From NCBI GenBank assembly GCA_036172245.1, contig JAYWIR010000013.1, forward strand, positions 1,922,001 to 1,986,000: 64,000 nt of DNA. The letters run 5' to 3'. The stretch is from Raillietiella orientalis (lineage: Eukaryota). This document shows, piece after piece, positions 39,601-51,600 of this stretch. Within the stretch, counting starts at the first letter, position 1. Each line of letters starts with the position of its first letter. Both the position numbers and the translations under genes were made by a program. Below the pieces are notes generated by a model. The model saw only the letters and a list, made by a program, of their open reading frames with translations, had not been told where the DNA came from and did no database searches.

Positions 39601-42600
39601 CGAGTTTGTCATCGCTGCCGTTCATTCGTGTGGGAGCAGATGTCGACGCAACTTTCGCTTTCGCTTCAAAAATTTCCGCTCGCTTCCCCCTCGCCCCCTT
39701 CCGGAGCGCGGCAATTTGCAGGCAGTCGCGTTTGACTTGGCCCGCTACCTGTTCCTGACCTCAATTAGGGAGGAACACGCGCCAACTCGATCGAACATGC
39801 GAATCGATTTGCTGGAGGGAAACAATCGATGGGCCCGAGCATGGGGCAGGACTGCTCGCTCGGGGATCGGTTGGCAAGGAAGGGGGAGGGGAGGGTCCGG
39901 AAGAAGGGTTCTACCAGTTCAAGGCTACGAGAAGTTCAGAGGGAAGAAGCGACCGGGAAGGAATTCTTCCGCGTCGTGGCATGGTCAACACTGTAAGGGG
40001 GCGGGGGGGATGGAATCCAAACGCGCGCGCGGGAACGAACCGAGTGGGACAAGGGATATCGGGGAAAGTTCTCGAAGCGTTTCCTTTCCTGCGTGCATGA
40101 GTGCAGGATCAGAGGCGCGCGGCGCGGCTGCAAGGAGGATCGCTGCGGTACTCCTCGGTCAGCAAAAGGGTGGCTGGCGAGGGCTGCTGCGAGAAGAGCG
40201 GAGGGTCCCTCCCAGAGGATGGTCTCGAGGTCACGGCGAAGACAAGGAGCTGCTCACGGCCGAAGGCGCTAACGCGGTTGGTGCCAACCCCAGAGCGCAC
40301 GCGTGGGAGGGGAGCCTGCGATGGCGTGCGGCCCGTTGATGGGGGGAGGAAGGGGGGAGCACCCCGGAAGTGCCGGTGCGAGCGGCAGACGGAAGCATCC
40401 AGCGCCAAGCTCGCGGCTGCCGCCGAAGCGAAGGCAGATGGGCGCGGCAGCGTCCGACGACGTCTTTCCGCGACCGCCCCGAAGTGTGGTGTGCCATCCT
40501 GGTCGCCCGTCCTGGCGCGAGCGGGTGCGCCGCCGCCGCTGGTCACGTGGTCTTTTCCGGGCCGGCACGGAACGTCTCCTTGGAAACGCCGCCGCCGCCT
40601 CCGCATGGCCTTACCGTCTGCGCAGTCTGTCCCCCCTCTGCGCTCGTAATAGTCGTATTCCTTGTTGAATTCGAAGTAGCTGGGGCTGTTCATGTCGAAG
40701 TTCTTCTGGTCGGTCAGCTCGCAGTTGTCCCCAATGAGGGAGGAGGACCTGGGAAGGAGCATGAAGGACCGCCCGGGGGCGGGTGCGCACGTACCGAAAG
40801 TTGAATCCCTTACATATAAACTCCCTGGAGTCCACGCACTCTTTCTCGCAGAGGGCGGGAGAGGACGCGCGTAGGAAGCGGCGCAGGAACGGGCTGCGCA
40901 GCCTCTGCCCGGGCCCGATCTTGTCGAACACGTCGCCCTCAGTGCACGTATTGAGGAGGCCGTCGCCAGCGTCGAAGGAGCCTGCGAGGGGACCGTTTTC
41001 CTTAGGTAGCCCCCCAGGAGAGCACCTGCTTGGGAACCTCCTCTGGTGAAGTACTGCGACAAACCGGCGCTGCTCCCGATGCGCCCCGCTCCCGGGGAGT
41101 GGCGGTCCCGCGAGCCGGGGGAGTGCGCTCCGGGTTGCCTGTAGCGGTCCTCGTCGACGCTCTCGGGACCGTGGTGACTCTGCGCTTCCCACCTCGGGAG
41201 GGACACGTGCGCCGACGAGCTGAGACCGGGAGACCGGTACCTCAGTCCGTCGCCCCTGCCCCCCGAGGCGTCCTGGGGATCCCAGGAAGCACGGTCGCCA
41301 CCGGAAGTCTTCGTAGAGGTAGACCGCGAGGCGCTGGAAGTCACGGTAGTCCTCTGGTCAACAGCTCCATCCCTCGCGTTCCCTGGAAAGAAACGGAAGA
41401 AGGGGTCAAGGCGGTCGTGAGGGAACGGTCGAGCCACCCCGACAGCGAGAGCGACTCGGCGCAGCCGTGAGGTGACGAGGAAACCCTATCGGGACGGGTC
41501 CCGGAGGGAAAGGGGTTGATGATCCCAAGTCCGGTCATTCCGATGCTTCTACTTCGCTTTCGAGTTCTGAGCAAGTGCCCTTTGCTTCCGATAGGGAAAG
41601 CTCTTCTCCTCATGTTTTTCCCGGTTCCTCTTTCCATTCCACCCCGCTCTTTTCACACGCCTTCTTCACCCTTTCCCCCATCCTTCTCTCGAGCTCCCGC
41701 GCTTGTCCCTTTTTCGAGCAGGAAGAATGGGGCACGGCCCTGTGAGGCAATGGCAGTCCGGGAGGTGGTGTTCCTCGGATGTAGTCGGTGAAGCAGTGGG
41801 GAGCTCGGCCCTATGGACGCGCATGCTGGGACAAGGTCAAGTCGAGCCGGAGGGCAAAAAGTCCGGCCTCGGCTCCGAGAGATGACTCCGAAAAAACTCC
41901 CCGTCGGGCGTTCGCAAAAGTGCGCGTGCGCGGCCGCGCCTCGCCACTCGCGCGCTAGGGAGGGACCCTTTCGCGTCGCCGCCAGGATGCGCCGGATCCC
42001 CGGAACGAGGCAGTCCGGCTCCCGTCCTCTCTCCCCATCTTCCCACACGAGCAGGAACCTGACGACGGACCGCGAGCGGCAGGCCTCAGATCGGGGAGGT
42101 CGGGACCCCTCCGGGCAGCGGTGCTGTCCCCGCACTGGCGATGGAGAGCAAAGCTCGTCATGGTCGCCCCTACGATGTGCAAAGGACGGGTAGAAAGAAT
42201 CCATCCATCCCACACCTTCCGTGCAGCCCGCCGCCCCTCGTCTCCGTTTCGGGAGCACGTGACGGGAGCCTGGACGATGACGCCCCGTGCGGCGTTTCTT
42301 CGACTTGGATCGGCCTCCTCCGGTCGCAGCGATTGTGGCCACCCTGTGATGCATCCGCAGCGTCGGGCGGAGAGAAGGCGGTCCACGCTGCAGAGGGTCT
42401 CCTCTTCGGCTTACCCAGAGCAGCGAGGAAGGTCACCACTCGCATCATTGCGTAAGGGCTGAAGGCTGGTAGGGCCGTGGTGATCTTTCCTTCCACCCCT
42501 CCACCCTCCACACACATAGACCCTGCCCACTGGTTTTGCCCCGTCTTCCTTCCCCTTCCTTCTGTCGCTTCTGACCAGGTGCGCCTCGGGCAATTCCCCC

Positions 42601-45600
42601 CTACCCCGCTTTGGAAACCCGCGGACGCGTTCGCTTCCCGACTGGAAGAAACGTCTTCGCGCGAGCAAGTCGGAAACACCCGCGCCTCATCGAACAAAAG
42701 TGGGCGCTCCTCTTCTTGGGCAGAAGAGCATCTCCGGGAGGTGAAGGGCTGCTCCAGAAACTGTTCCTTTCCCGTGTCGGCGGTGCGCGCTAGGGCTTCC
42801 CACACGAGCAGGAGGACGAGGATCCTCACGTGGCGCGCGCGGGGCTCACGCAGAAGAGCAGGAAGAGGAAAGGAGAAAGGGAGGGAGGAAATCGCGGGCT
42901 GACCACGCAAGCCCGCCGTCAAAGAGCGCGCCCTCCCGGTGCCTGCGCACGTTCTCTGCGCTCCTCGAATGTGGTGCCTCTAAGGGATTCGCGCTCTCCG
43001 TTTTACACGGAAGAATGTGGATGTCTTCTCAGTCCCCTCTGACCAACGGCTCTTCAGCACTTGTTTCTGCTTGCCAACGACGAGTGCTGAAGAGCGCGCA
43101 AAAGAAGAGGGGGGGTCTCTCCGAGACCTGCGTGGATGTGCCGCTCTCTGCTCGGACGGGCAGGTGCGTTGATCACGCGCGCGCGGCAGCTGGAAGGCGC
43201 GCCGGAGGACTTCGTGCCTCACGGAGCACGGGCCGGGGAAGCCCCCGTCTCCGCAGTGGCTGCTCGTGACTTCTCTCCCCTCCGGGGAACCTGCGTCCAG
43301 AGGCAAGTCGCTTGGCAACGGGGACGGAACGAAACGAAGGGCACGTGAAGTCTTCCCCTGCTCTCAGGGTCAGGGGGAGTTTTCCGCGGCAACGCTCCTC
43401 CCTGGAGATCGTTCCCGGGACGCGGGTAGCTGGAGGGCCAGGAGGCGCTAATGGAAGCGCGGGAGGGTGGAACCCGCTCGTGGTGCTCTCCACGCGGTTT
43501 CCCGGAAGGACCCGACTGGCTGCCCGCACAGGCGCCGCTTTCCGGGACCCCCGCTCTAAGGCAGCTCCCGAGGCGCGCGCGGGCGCAAATGCGCAGCTAC
43601 CGGAGGCGTGCAGCAGGTTCTCCCAGTAATCGTAGCTGTCATCCGTCTGGAGCAGGTGGTGGGCGCCCGCGTCTGACGCGCTGAGCCGGCACTCCCCGCG
43701 CTGGCGGTCGTACGCGACCGACCGGCAGGTGGACGGCTCTTCCAAGCACCTGCCGAGGCAGCCGGACAGGGGCGCTTCGCGGACGGTCCTGTAGTAGGAG
43801 TCCAGGTCCAGCCTCCGCTGCTTCACTCTCTGGAAGGTGGTCTCCGCGTGCCTCCCGATCGGCCTGGAGCTGTTGTCCTTGCTTCGGTCCCGCTCTGCAA
43901 TCAGGAGAACCATCATCGCAAGCTCTTGCGCAGGCTAAGGGCGCGCGCCCGGCGGCTCCAGTGGCTTCAGGGTCTTCGGACAAAGAGGATGGGGGGGAGT
44001 TTGCGGTAGCACCAAGCGGTGTGGGTTCGAATACCACCCACCCACCCCATTCGGAGAAAGGCCGAAGCCAAGAATGGGAGGGTGCGTCGAGGTGGGTTTC
44101 AAGTTTCCCCTATCTTCCCCCGCAGGATGGCGCTGGTCGTCCCACGGGCTTGGCGGGATGCCCGTGTGCGTTGGACACCTCTGTCGCGTTCAATGGGGCA
44201 GGTTGGGCCCCCTCCCTCGGGGGATCGCCTCTCCAGAGTGTCAGTAGCGTCTCCACCAGGAGCACACTCCCTTCGGGAAGCGTTCCTCAGAAGAGTGAAC
44301 ATATCGCGCGGACTCTTTCTGGGGGGTCCCTCCGGAAGGAACAAGGGGTTTCCTCCCAAGAAGAGGAAAAGAGGAACGAATTCCTCCCTCTAGAGTCTTC
44401 CTGGATTAATAAGGGTGGTGATGGTCGCTACGAGATCGCCCTCTGGCTGGAAGGGCCACGCGCCCCACTGGGTGGCGCGGACGGTGTTGAAAAAGAGATC
44501 TGCGAGCTCCCAGGTGTCCCTCTGAGGAAGCGGACGGTTATTCAGGACTCGACGGCCTCAGGGTCAAGGATGAGAAGCAGAAAAGGAGCAGTTGATGTCT
44601 CCAGGACATTCCCGAGGTCAGAGCGAGACCTCGCGACCCCTCCTATTCAGGACCGCAGCCCAGGAGCATTTGGGTCGAACCAACCAAGCGTATCAGCTGA
44701 AGTCTCTCAAAGCCAAAACAGGGACGCACGGAGTTTGGCGGACGGCCGAAAAGAGGAGGGCGTTCCAAGAGCCGGAACTTTGGGCACAGCAGAGTGTGGC
44801 AAGAGTCGCCGCGGCGGGTGGGCCAGCCCAGAAGCGCTCGAGCGCGGGGGGTCCCGTGGATGAACCTCTTCCGGAAGAACCGCCGCTTCCTGCCGAATAG
44901 GCGGGAGAGGAGGATGCCGACTCCACCAGCCGCCGAAGTAGAAGATAAAGGCGGCCCCGCTTCTTCAGCGTCCTCGGGACAGCTCGTCTCTCCCTTACGG
45001 AGACACCTCCGTGCGACAGAGGACTCCTTTGCTCCCCGTTTTCTCTCGGCGGCTGGACGCTCTGGAGAAGAACTCGGTGGCGAAGAGTCGCGCGCGAGAG
45101 AGAGAGTGGGAGAGCCAGACGGGGCCGAGAGGGCGCAAACCGGTGCCCTCCCACGCTTTCCGACGATGGCCAGGACGCATTTCCCGTGAGCAGGTGGAAC
45201 GCAGGAAGGCTTTCTCTTCCAGAGGGAGAAGGACGTGGGCGCGGCGAAGACACAAAGGCGGCCCTCTGCGAACGGCGAAGATACACGCACGAGGAGGGAG
45301 GGACTTTTATCCGAGGGGCATTTGTTAGGGGTGCCCTCTGCCACTGAAGCGGCCCAGTCGCACAGGTCTACTCCGGGAAGAACGCGGGGAGGCGCAAAGC
45401 TGCCCCGCGGCCGCCCGGTGCGGTGGCGAGGACTCGGACCGGGACCGACCCGAACTCAGGCAGAAGACGTAGAAGCTGTCGTAGCGGGCCGAGGGCTTGG
45501 TGGTGTCCGTGCCGTCCTCCTTCATGTACCAGGCGTCCGAAAGGATGCACTGATTTGTGCTGTTGTCAAACAGGATCGCCGAGCATGGGAACCTGGAACA

Positions 45601-48600
45601 GCAACAGATGGGATGAGAACGAGGGGAGCTGGTAATTGCCGCGAGCTGTCCATCATGGTCCATGGGAACTCTCCTCCTCCCCGGAAACGCTCCTACGTCC
45701 GAAAGGCGTGGCCGCTCGGAGGCCCGGCGGTAGCGATCCTGGAAGCCGCGCGAACAAAGGGGAGCCCCACCCCCCATCCCCCATTCTCCCCCCAAAATGA
45801 TAGTGGCACCATGGCGGACTTTCCCTTTCGAGGTTCCAGGAGGTCACCAGAACGCCAGCGGCGCCCTGAAAGAGCCGGAAGCTCCAAGAGTGCACACCAG
45901 CCGGCCCAACAGGCTGATGCTGTCGCCCCCAGACATCCGCAACAGCGGGGAAGGGGGGGAAAGCATCGTCGACTGGGCGCCCCGAACCCCTGAGCTATCG
46001 AGAGCGGATCTACGTGGAGGGCTGCTGTTGAGCCCAGAAGGGCCCAAAACGCGTGCCCTTCCGGCGCGCGCGCGCAAACGCCGCAAACCCGAGAGAGCAG
46101 GCCGGGTGCGCTCCGAGCTAAAGGGCTGCGGGTTCGAGCCCAGACCGGCATAAGTGCTCGTTGACTCCTTGCGTTATGCCCGCGGGCCGGCCCTTTTCCA
46201 GCACAGACACGGAGCTGTGCAGATCAAGGATGTCAAAGCTGACCCGCCTCCGTGAGACTGCCACGAGGACCAGCAGGCTGCGCATTCGAACCCTGCCGGG
46301 GGATGAGGTAGGGGGGCTGCCGCCTCTGCAACGACCTCTGACCTGGGAAGAGGATGCATGCGGGGACGCGCAGACCCCTGTTCCGAGGAAAAATCTCGGC
46401 TCTTTTTTGCATTGGGGGTGAGGCTGCTGCCGTGGGCGTCCCCCAGAGACGGCAGCTGCCCACCAGCCAGGTGTAAACTGTCCCAAGAGGAAGTGCACCC
46501 GCCGCACGAGACCACCACAGAACCAGGAAAGGAACAGAAGAGAGCTCTTGAGGAGGCGGGATGCTGGCTCGTCCTGGCTGCCGGGGCGCTTGGTTAAACT
46601 GGCCGCGGGCTCTGACCGGGAAAACTGCGCTCTCTTCCCGACCTCCGCTAACCGATTGGCAACGGCGGGCAAGGACCGAAATGAGAGCACACCGAAGGCG
46701 AAGGATGGTGATTCACCCACTGATCCTTTCCCTAACCCTCCCAGTTTTTATATATACTTTTTTTTTAATTTTTTATTTTGTTTGCTCCCTCCTCCTTCGC
46801 TGCCAAGGCTAACCCGGGGCCTGCGTGCCGGTTAATCGACAGGTTCCAAGCATTCAGACAATGAAGGGCCGATGACCCTACACATGTATATTTATTTTTT
46901 ATAATAAACGTCCCAGAGTGACTGGGTGATAAAGCGAAGGCGAAGAGCGGATATGGGTGGATGTGCTTTACTGGGAAGGATCGACAGAGTAGCACGGCCG
47001 ACGTGACCCACCTTTTTGTCACACAGAGGAAAGGATCTCTGGGAAGTCTTTCGCGGAAGCTGCGGGAGAGGAGTCGGTCGGATGTGTCCCCAGGACGCCT
47101 GCAGCTCGCGGAAATGCGGTGTGGTGAGGTAGGGGGTTCCCTGGAAGCCGGATCGTCAGGCACTCCCAGGCGGGCCAGGGGTGCTGGCGAAGTCAATAGG
47201 CCGAGCCAGGCGGACGCGGTTGGCGAGGAAGAGCGCGTGACTTACCCGCGAAGGCTGCCGAAGAGGCGAGCCAAGGAGGAGGTCCGAGTTTCGGCAGCTG
47301 CGGTCAGCCGCGCAGGGATATCGGTCGTGCGGGACGACTTGGACAGAGGGGTTGAGGTGTGGGAACTGGAAGGCCTGCAAGACCCCGCGAAAGAGAGAGC
47401 TTCCTCCGCCGTGATCTTCCGGCGTTGTCCTGGACGCCAACGCCGAAGGCTCCCCTTCGCTTCCGGGCCCCGACGATTCAACGTGCCACGGGGTCTGTCG
47501 TGCCACCGGAGCGAGCGATTCGCCTGGCGAGCGATTGTCGTTGCTGAGGGTGGGGTGGGAGGGTGGTCGGAACAAGGGGTAGTCCCCGTCTGGGAAAGTG
47601 CTGATGGTGCGCAAACCCCAGCGGCCTCTGGAACGCGCACGGAGGGACGGCAGTGCATCTCTGGGAAGGATCATCTGTGGGAGATGCCTCGAAGGCGGAC
47701 ATTGCCGGAAGAAACAACTTGCGAGCGGGTTGGCTCGTGATGCGTCGTCGGGTGCAAGCCCCAGGATGGGGACGATGAGGAGGAAGTGGAAAGGGGCTGA
47801 GGGAGGAAAATTCTCCCGGAATCCCGGAGTGCGAGTTGAGCCCTTTGCCCCTCGCAGCTCGCACTGCGCCAAGTCCTCCAGACGACCACCCTGGCAAAGG
47901 CGCCTCCCTTGGGTGCGACCCATGGTGGCCCCGAGTGGGAGTTCCCTTCGTGATCCCCTCCCAAGAAGAAGAGGAACTCTGTGAATACAGGGCCTTCCTG
48001 GATTCATGGGGTGGTCCCTCTGGGGGTGACCCCCCTAACTTGAAGAGACACACGCACCCTCGGACGGCGTTGGACAGTCTTTAAGAGAACTTCGTGCCAC
48101 CCCCCATCCCCCATCCCTGAGAGGGGCAGACAGTTCTTCAGCACTCCTTAGAACCGGAAGAAGGAAAACAGCTGGAAGGACACAAACAGAAGGATCCGCA
48201 GGGATTCCTGTCAAGCAGCAGCAGCAGGGAGGGAATCCATTCGGGAACGGATCCGGGAAACGGCCGGAGTCGAGCGTCCTGCCGTTCCTGGAAAGGAAGC
48301 CTCGGGACGGGCGCGAAGTGCTCCGCGGTCACATTAAAGAGAAGCAGGTCATCTCTCTGCTTAGCTCTCACCCCAGGGTCTCCTGACTGCAGGGGGCAAA
48401 TCGAAGTTTCGGACTGCTGACCCAGCGTGCAACATAAGGGGATGACGGGGACCACACGGGAGCTCTCCTGCTGCGTGCGACCCCAAGGGCGAGCGTCGGC
48501 CTCGTCGGGTTGAGGCTGGCCATAGCCCAAGGCGCCGCTGGATCGTGAACTGCAGCTCGGATAGAAAGGCCAAGCGATCACAAAAGTGCTCGCGGCGGAC

Positions 48601-51600
48601 AACGCGGGTTGGAGGTCCCGCGGAATCGGCAGGCTGCGGCAGAGTTGCGAACCTCCGGAGGGCAAAGAGGCTGGCGGCGGTTGTGAGGAAGGACCGAGAC
48701 CGCCTTCCTTGAGCAAGGGAGGGCAGAAGAGAATGGGAACGAACTTCTTGGGGAGTTCTCCTTGGGTCCTTGACGCTGCCCGTGCGGAGGGAGCGCAGCG
48801 GGGATCCGGCGGGGGCAACAGCCGCTCTCGGCGCTGAAGAGGCAGGAGCGGAAGGACAGCCGGCGCGGGGGAGGTCACCAGGTGGAGGGGGAGGACGCGC
48901 ACCGCAAGGGCCATCCCCACGCTGCACAGAGGTGCAGCGGTCGCCCGGTGACTCCGCGTTTGGTGTACGCCGATTGCTAGGGGCAACGCCTCTTATCGAT
49001 CCATGCGCTCAGCCGCCATCGACCACTTCGGGAACCTCGTTCGCCGGAGTCATGGGAATCAGGGAACCCAGCGGGCGGGACGCGAGTTCAGACCACTGCA
49101 AAGTGGACGACGGGCGGGCGCCCACCCTTTTGGTCACTTGAGGTCGACGGGTCTCCGGCGAGAGCTTGCTCGCCTGGCGGAACCAGGACCCCAGCGGCTT
49201 CCCGTTCGGGAGGGGAAGGGGGAGAAGGAGGGAGATTCCAGAAAGACCGAAGGCAACGAAAAATGCAGGAGAAGACCCGGATGTGGTCCCAGGTGAGACC
49301 CCCCTCCTTCCCTCTGCTCTATTCTGCGAACCCCGCCAAGTGAGGTACTCGACCGAACCCGTGCACACCCCACCGGAAGCCGCCCTCAGGAGGAGATTCT
49401 CTGCAAGCAGGCGTGAACGCTGGCTGTCCGCCACCTCACCTCTTCTCGCCAGGGTCAACCAACGGACCTACAAGCGCACAGATCCAAGAATTTCACACGA
49501 ACGCACGGGCTGACCCTCGCGGCTGATAAACTTGCCTTTCGAGGAGAGCCCAGAGAGAGTCATCCATGGATTTCTGTCCGGGAAGGAAGGAATCAGAGGA
49601 GCAGAGTTTTGACTGAAGGGACGGGGGGGATCGCACCTCCCACCCTGGTTGTCTCCGAAGGGGAACCCCGAAGGGAATCTCCTTCCTCATTCTCTCCGGA
49701 GGGACACCCCCTGGGAGGGGAGTGGTCCTCTCCATTTCAGCTTCTCCGAAAGGAACCCGGAAAGGATCCGCTTGTAGGAATTTCTTCTCCGGAGGGAACC
49801 CGCAAGGGAACCGCTCCTGTTCACTCCTCTGAAGAGAACCCCGAAGGGACGCTTCCGAAACTCAGAAGGGGCGCTGCAGCTTCCCGCAGGGAATCGCTCT
49901 CGCTTGCTTCCTTGTGCACTCTGTGAAGAGGCGACGACTCGGAGGGTCCCCCGGTGGGGTGGGGGGGTGGGGGGGGGGTCCGCTTTCCGTTGCACGACAG
50001 GAGGGGAACTCCCCACTCCTTGATTCCTGGAAGGACCCGAAGGTCGACTCCCATTGTTCCGGCCTCCATCGGGGGCCTCCGGCTTAATCCACCGCCGGTG
50101 CCACGCCCGAATGTCGCGGCCAACCAGCGCCATTACAGGAGAAACTCGGAACTCGACGACGCAGTGGCGTCAGAGTTTCTGCCGAAGTATTCGAACCCGC
50201 GACGCACGGTGCCACACGCGGAAGCCTTAACCACAAGGCCTTCGAACTTGTTCACCTCGGCGTGTGGCAAGAGCCCCCCGGCGGCACCCGGAATGGGCGC
50301 CGAAGACGCGAAAGCGGAAGCAGCGCAGAGGCGTTTCCAATGTCTCGAGTTTTCCGATCGTGCTAAGGGGATGCTGCGGTCCGTCGCTTCACGTTGGCCC
50401 CCCCAGTGACCTTCCTTCCGGGAGGCGATCGCTGGAGATGAATCTCTCCTGGGAGAGAGATTCCCCGGGAAGGAAGGAACCTCTCCGCCGTCCTCCGTAG
50501 GTCCTCTCAATCGCTCGTCCGAAGGGCTCAGGGACGCTGCTGACGATCCGACTGCAGCCACCGAGTTGCGCAGCAGGCACGGGCAACAGCGGCAGGTCTC
50601 GGCAGGAACCAGAAGTCCACCCGACAAGGCGTAGGCGAGCGCTCTTCCAGCTGCGGAGGGTGGAGGAAAAAGCATCGGCGGCCTCGGTCCACCTGAGGCC
50701 GATGTCGTCCCGGCATGCGCAAGGGAAGTTCCGGGGGAGGGAAACCGAGCACCCCCTCCCGCCCGATCGGCCGATGCTTCTTCTGATTCCACCCTTCGGT
50801 GTCCATCCGCGACCGTTCCGCGACCCGGAAACGGTCGGCGGTGGCACGTAGACAGTGGTCGAGGGTTCGCTGGACGATGGCAGACGCACCAGCCACCCAC
50901 CTCCGCGCTGCGCCCATCCCCCTCCAGAAATCGAGCTCGCTCACCCATGGCGGCCGACTTGTTGAACCCGCGTGGCTCCAGGGAGCGCCTTTCGGAGTCT
51001 CGCTGTCTGGGCAGAGTTACCCCTCCCCCCCCCCTCCTCCAAGCCAGTCCCTAAAAGGACTGGGTGGTCGCACCTCCTCCCCCCGGGTTACCGCCGGAGG
51101 CAAAAAAGACTCACCTGTCGTTGCGGAGGCAGCGCTCCTTGCACTGCTGCAGCGTGTTGGCGACGACGGCGTCGCTCAAGTAGACGCCGTCCACCTCGGA
51201 CCTCCTCATCTGGATGAAGGTCAACTCGCCTTCGCACGTCCTCTCGACTGTTGGAGCCGACATGGAAGACAGGAAATTTCAGGCAGGCGGCTGGTCAGAG
51301 GCGCGCCGACGGAGGGCCGGGATCGTTGGTCCCCGGGGGATTCGCATAAAGGAAGAGATGGCCTCTTCCCTTCCTCTTCCTTGATCCGGAAGAGCAGGCG
51401 AACCCCCGGACTCGCGATCCCCGCAGGAGGCCTTTCCGGACGCCACGGGCGCAGTGTCGGCGAAAATTCCCGCTGCCCACTCCCCACCCTTTCTGGCTCC
51501 GCCGATGGCTCCGTAGTGTCTCCTCTCACCTCACCTCCTCCTGCGAAGAGGTGCCAGAGACGCGCCCCACCTTCCGCAGGCTCCACCGGAACCAGCGGTG

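Noticed and set aside
49640..49900. Spaced ~30-bp repeats suggestive of a CRISPR array
   Set aside because: These are degenerate tandem subrepeats inside a SINE with no unique spacers, no cas genes and a eukaryotic context.
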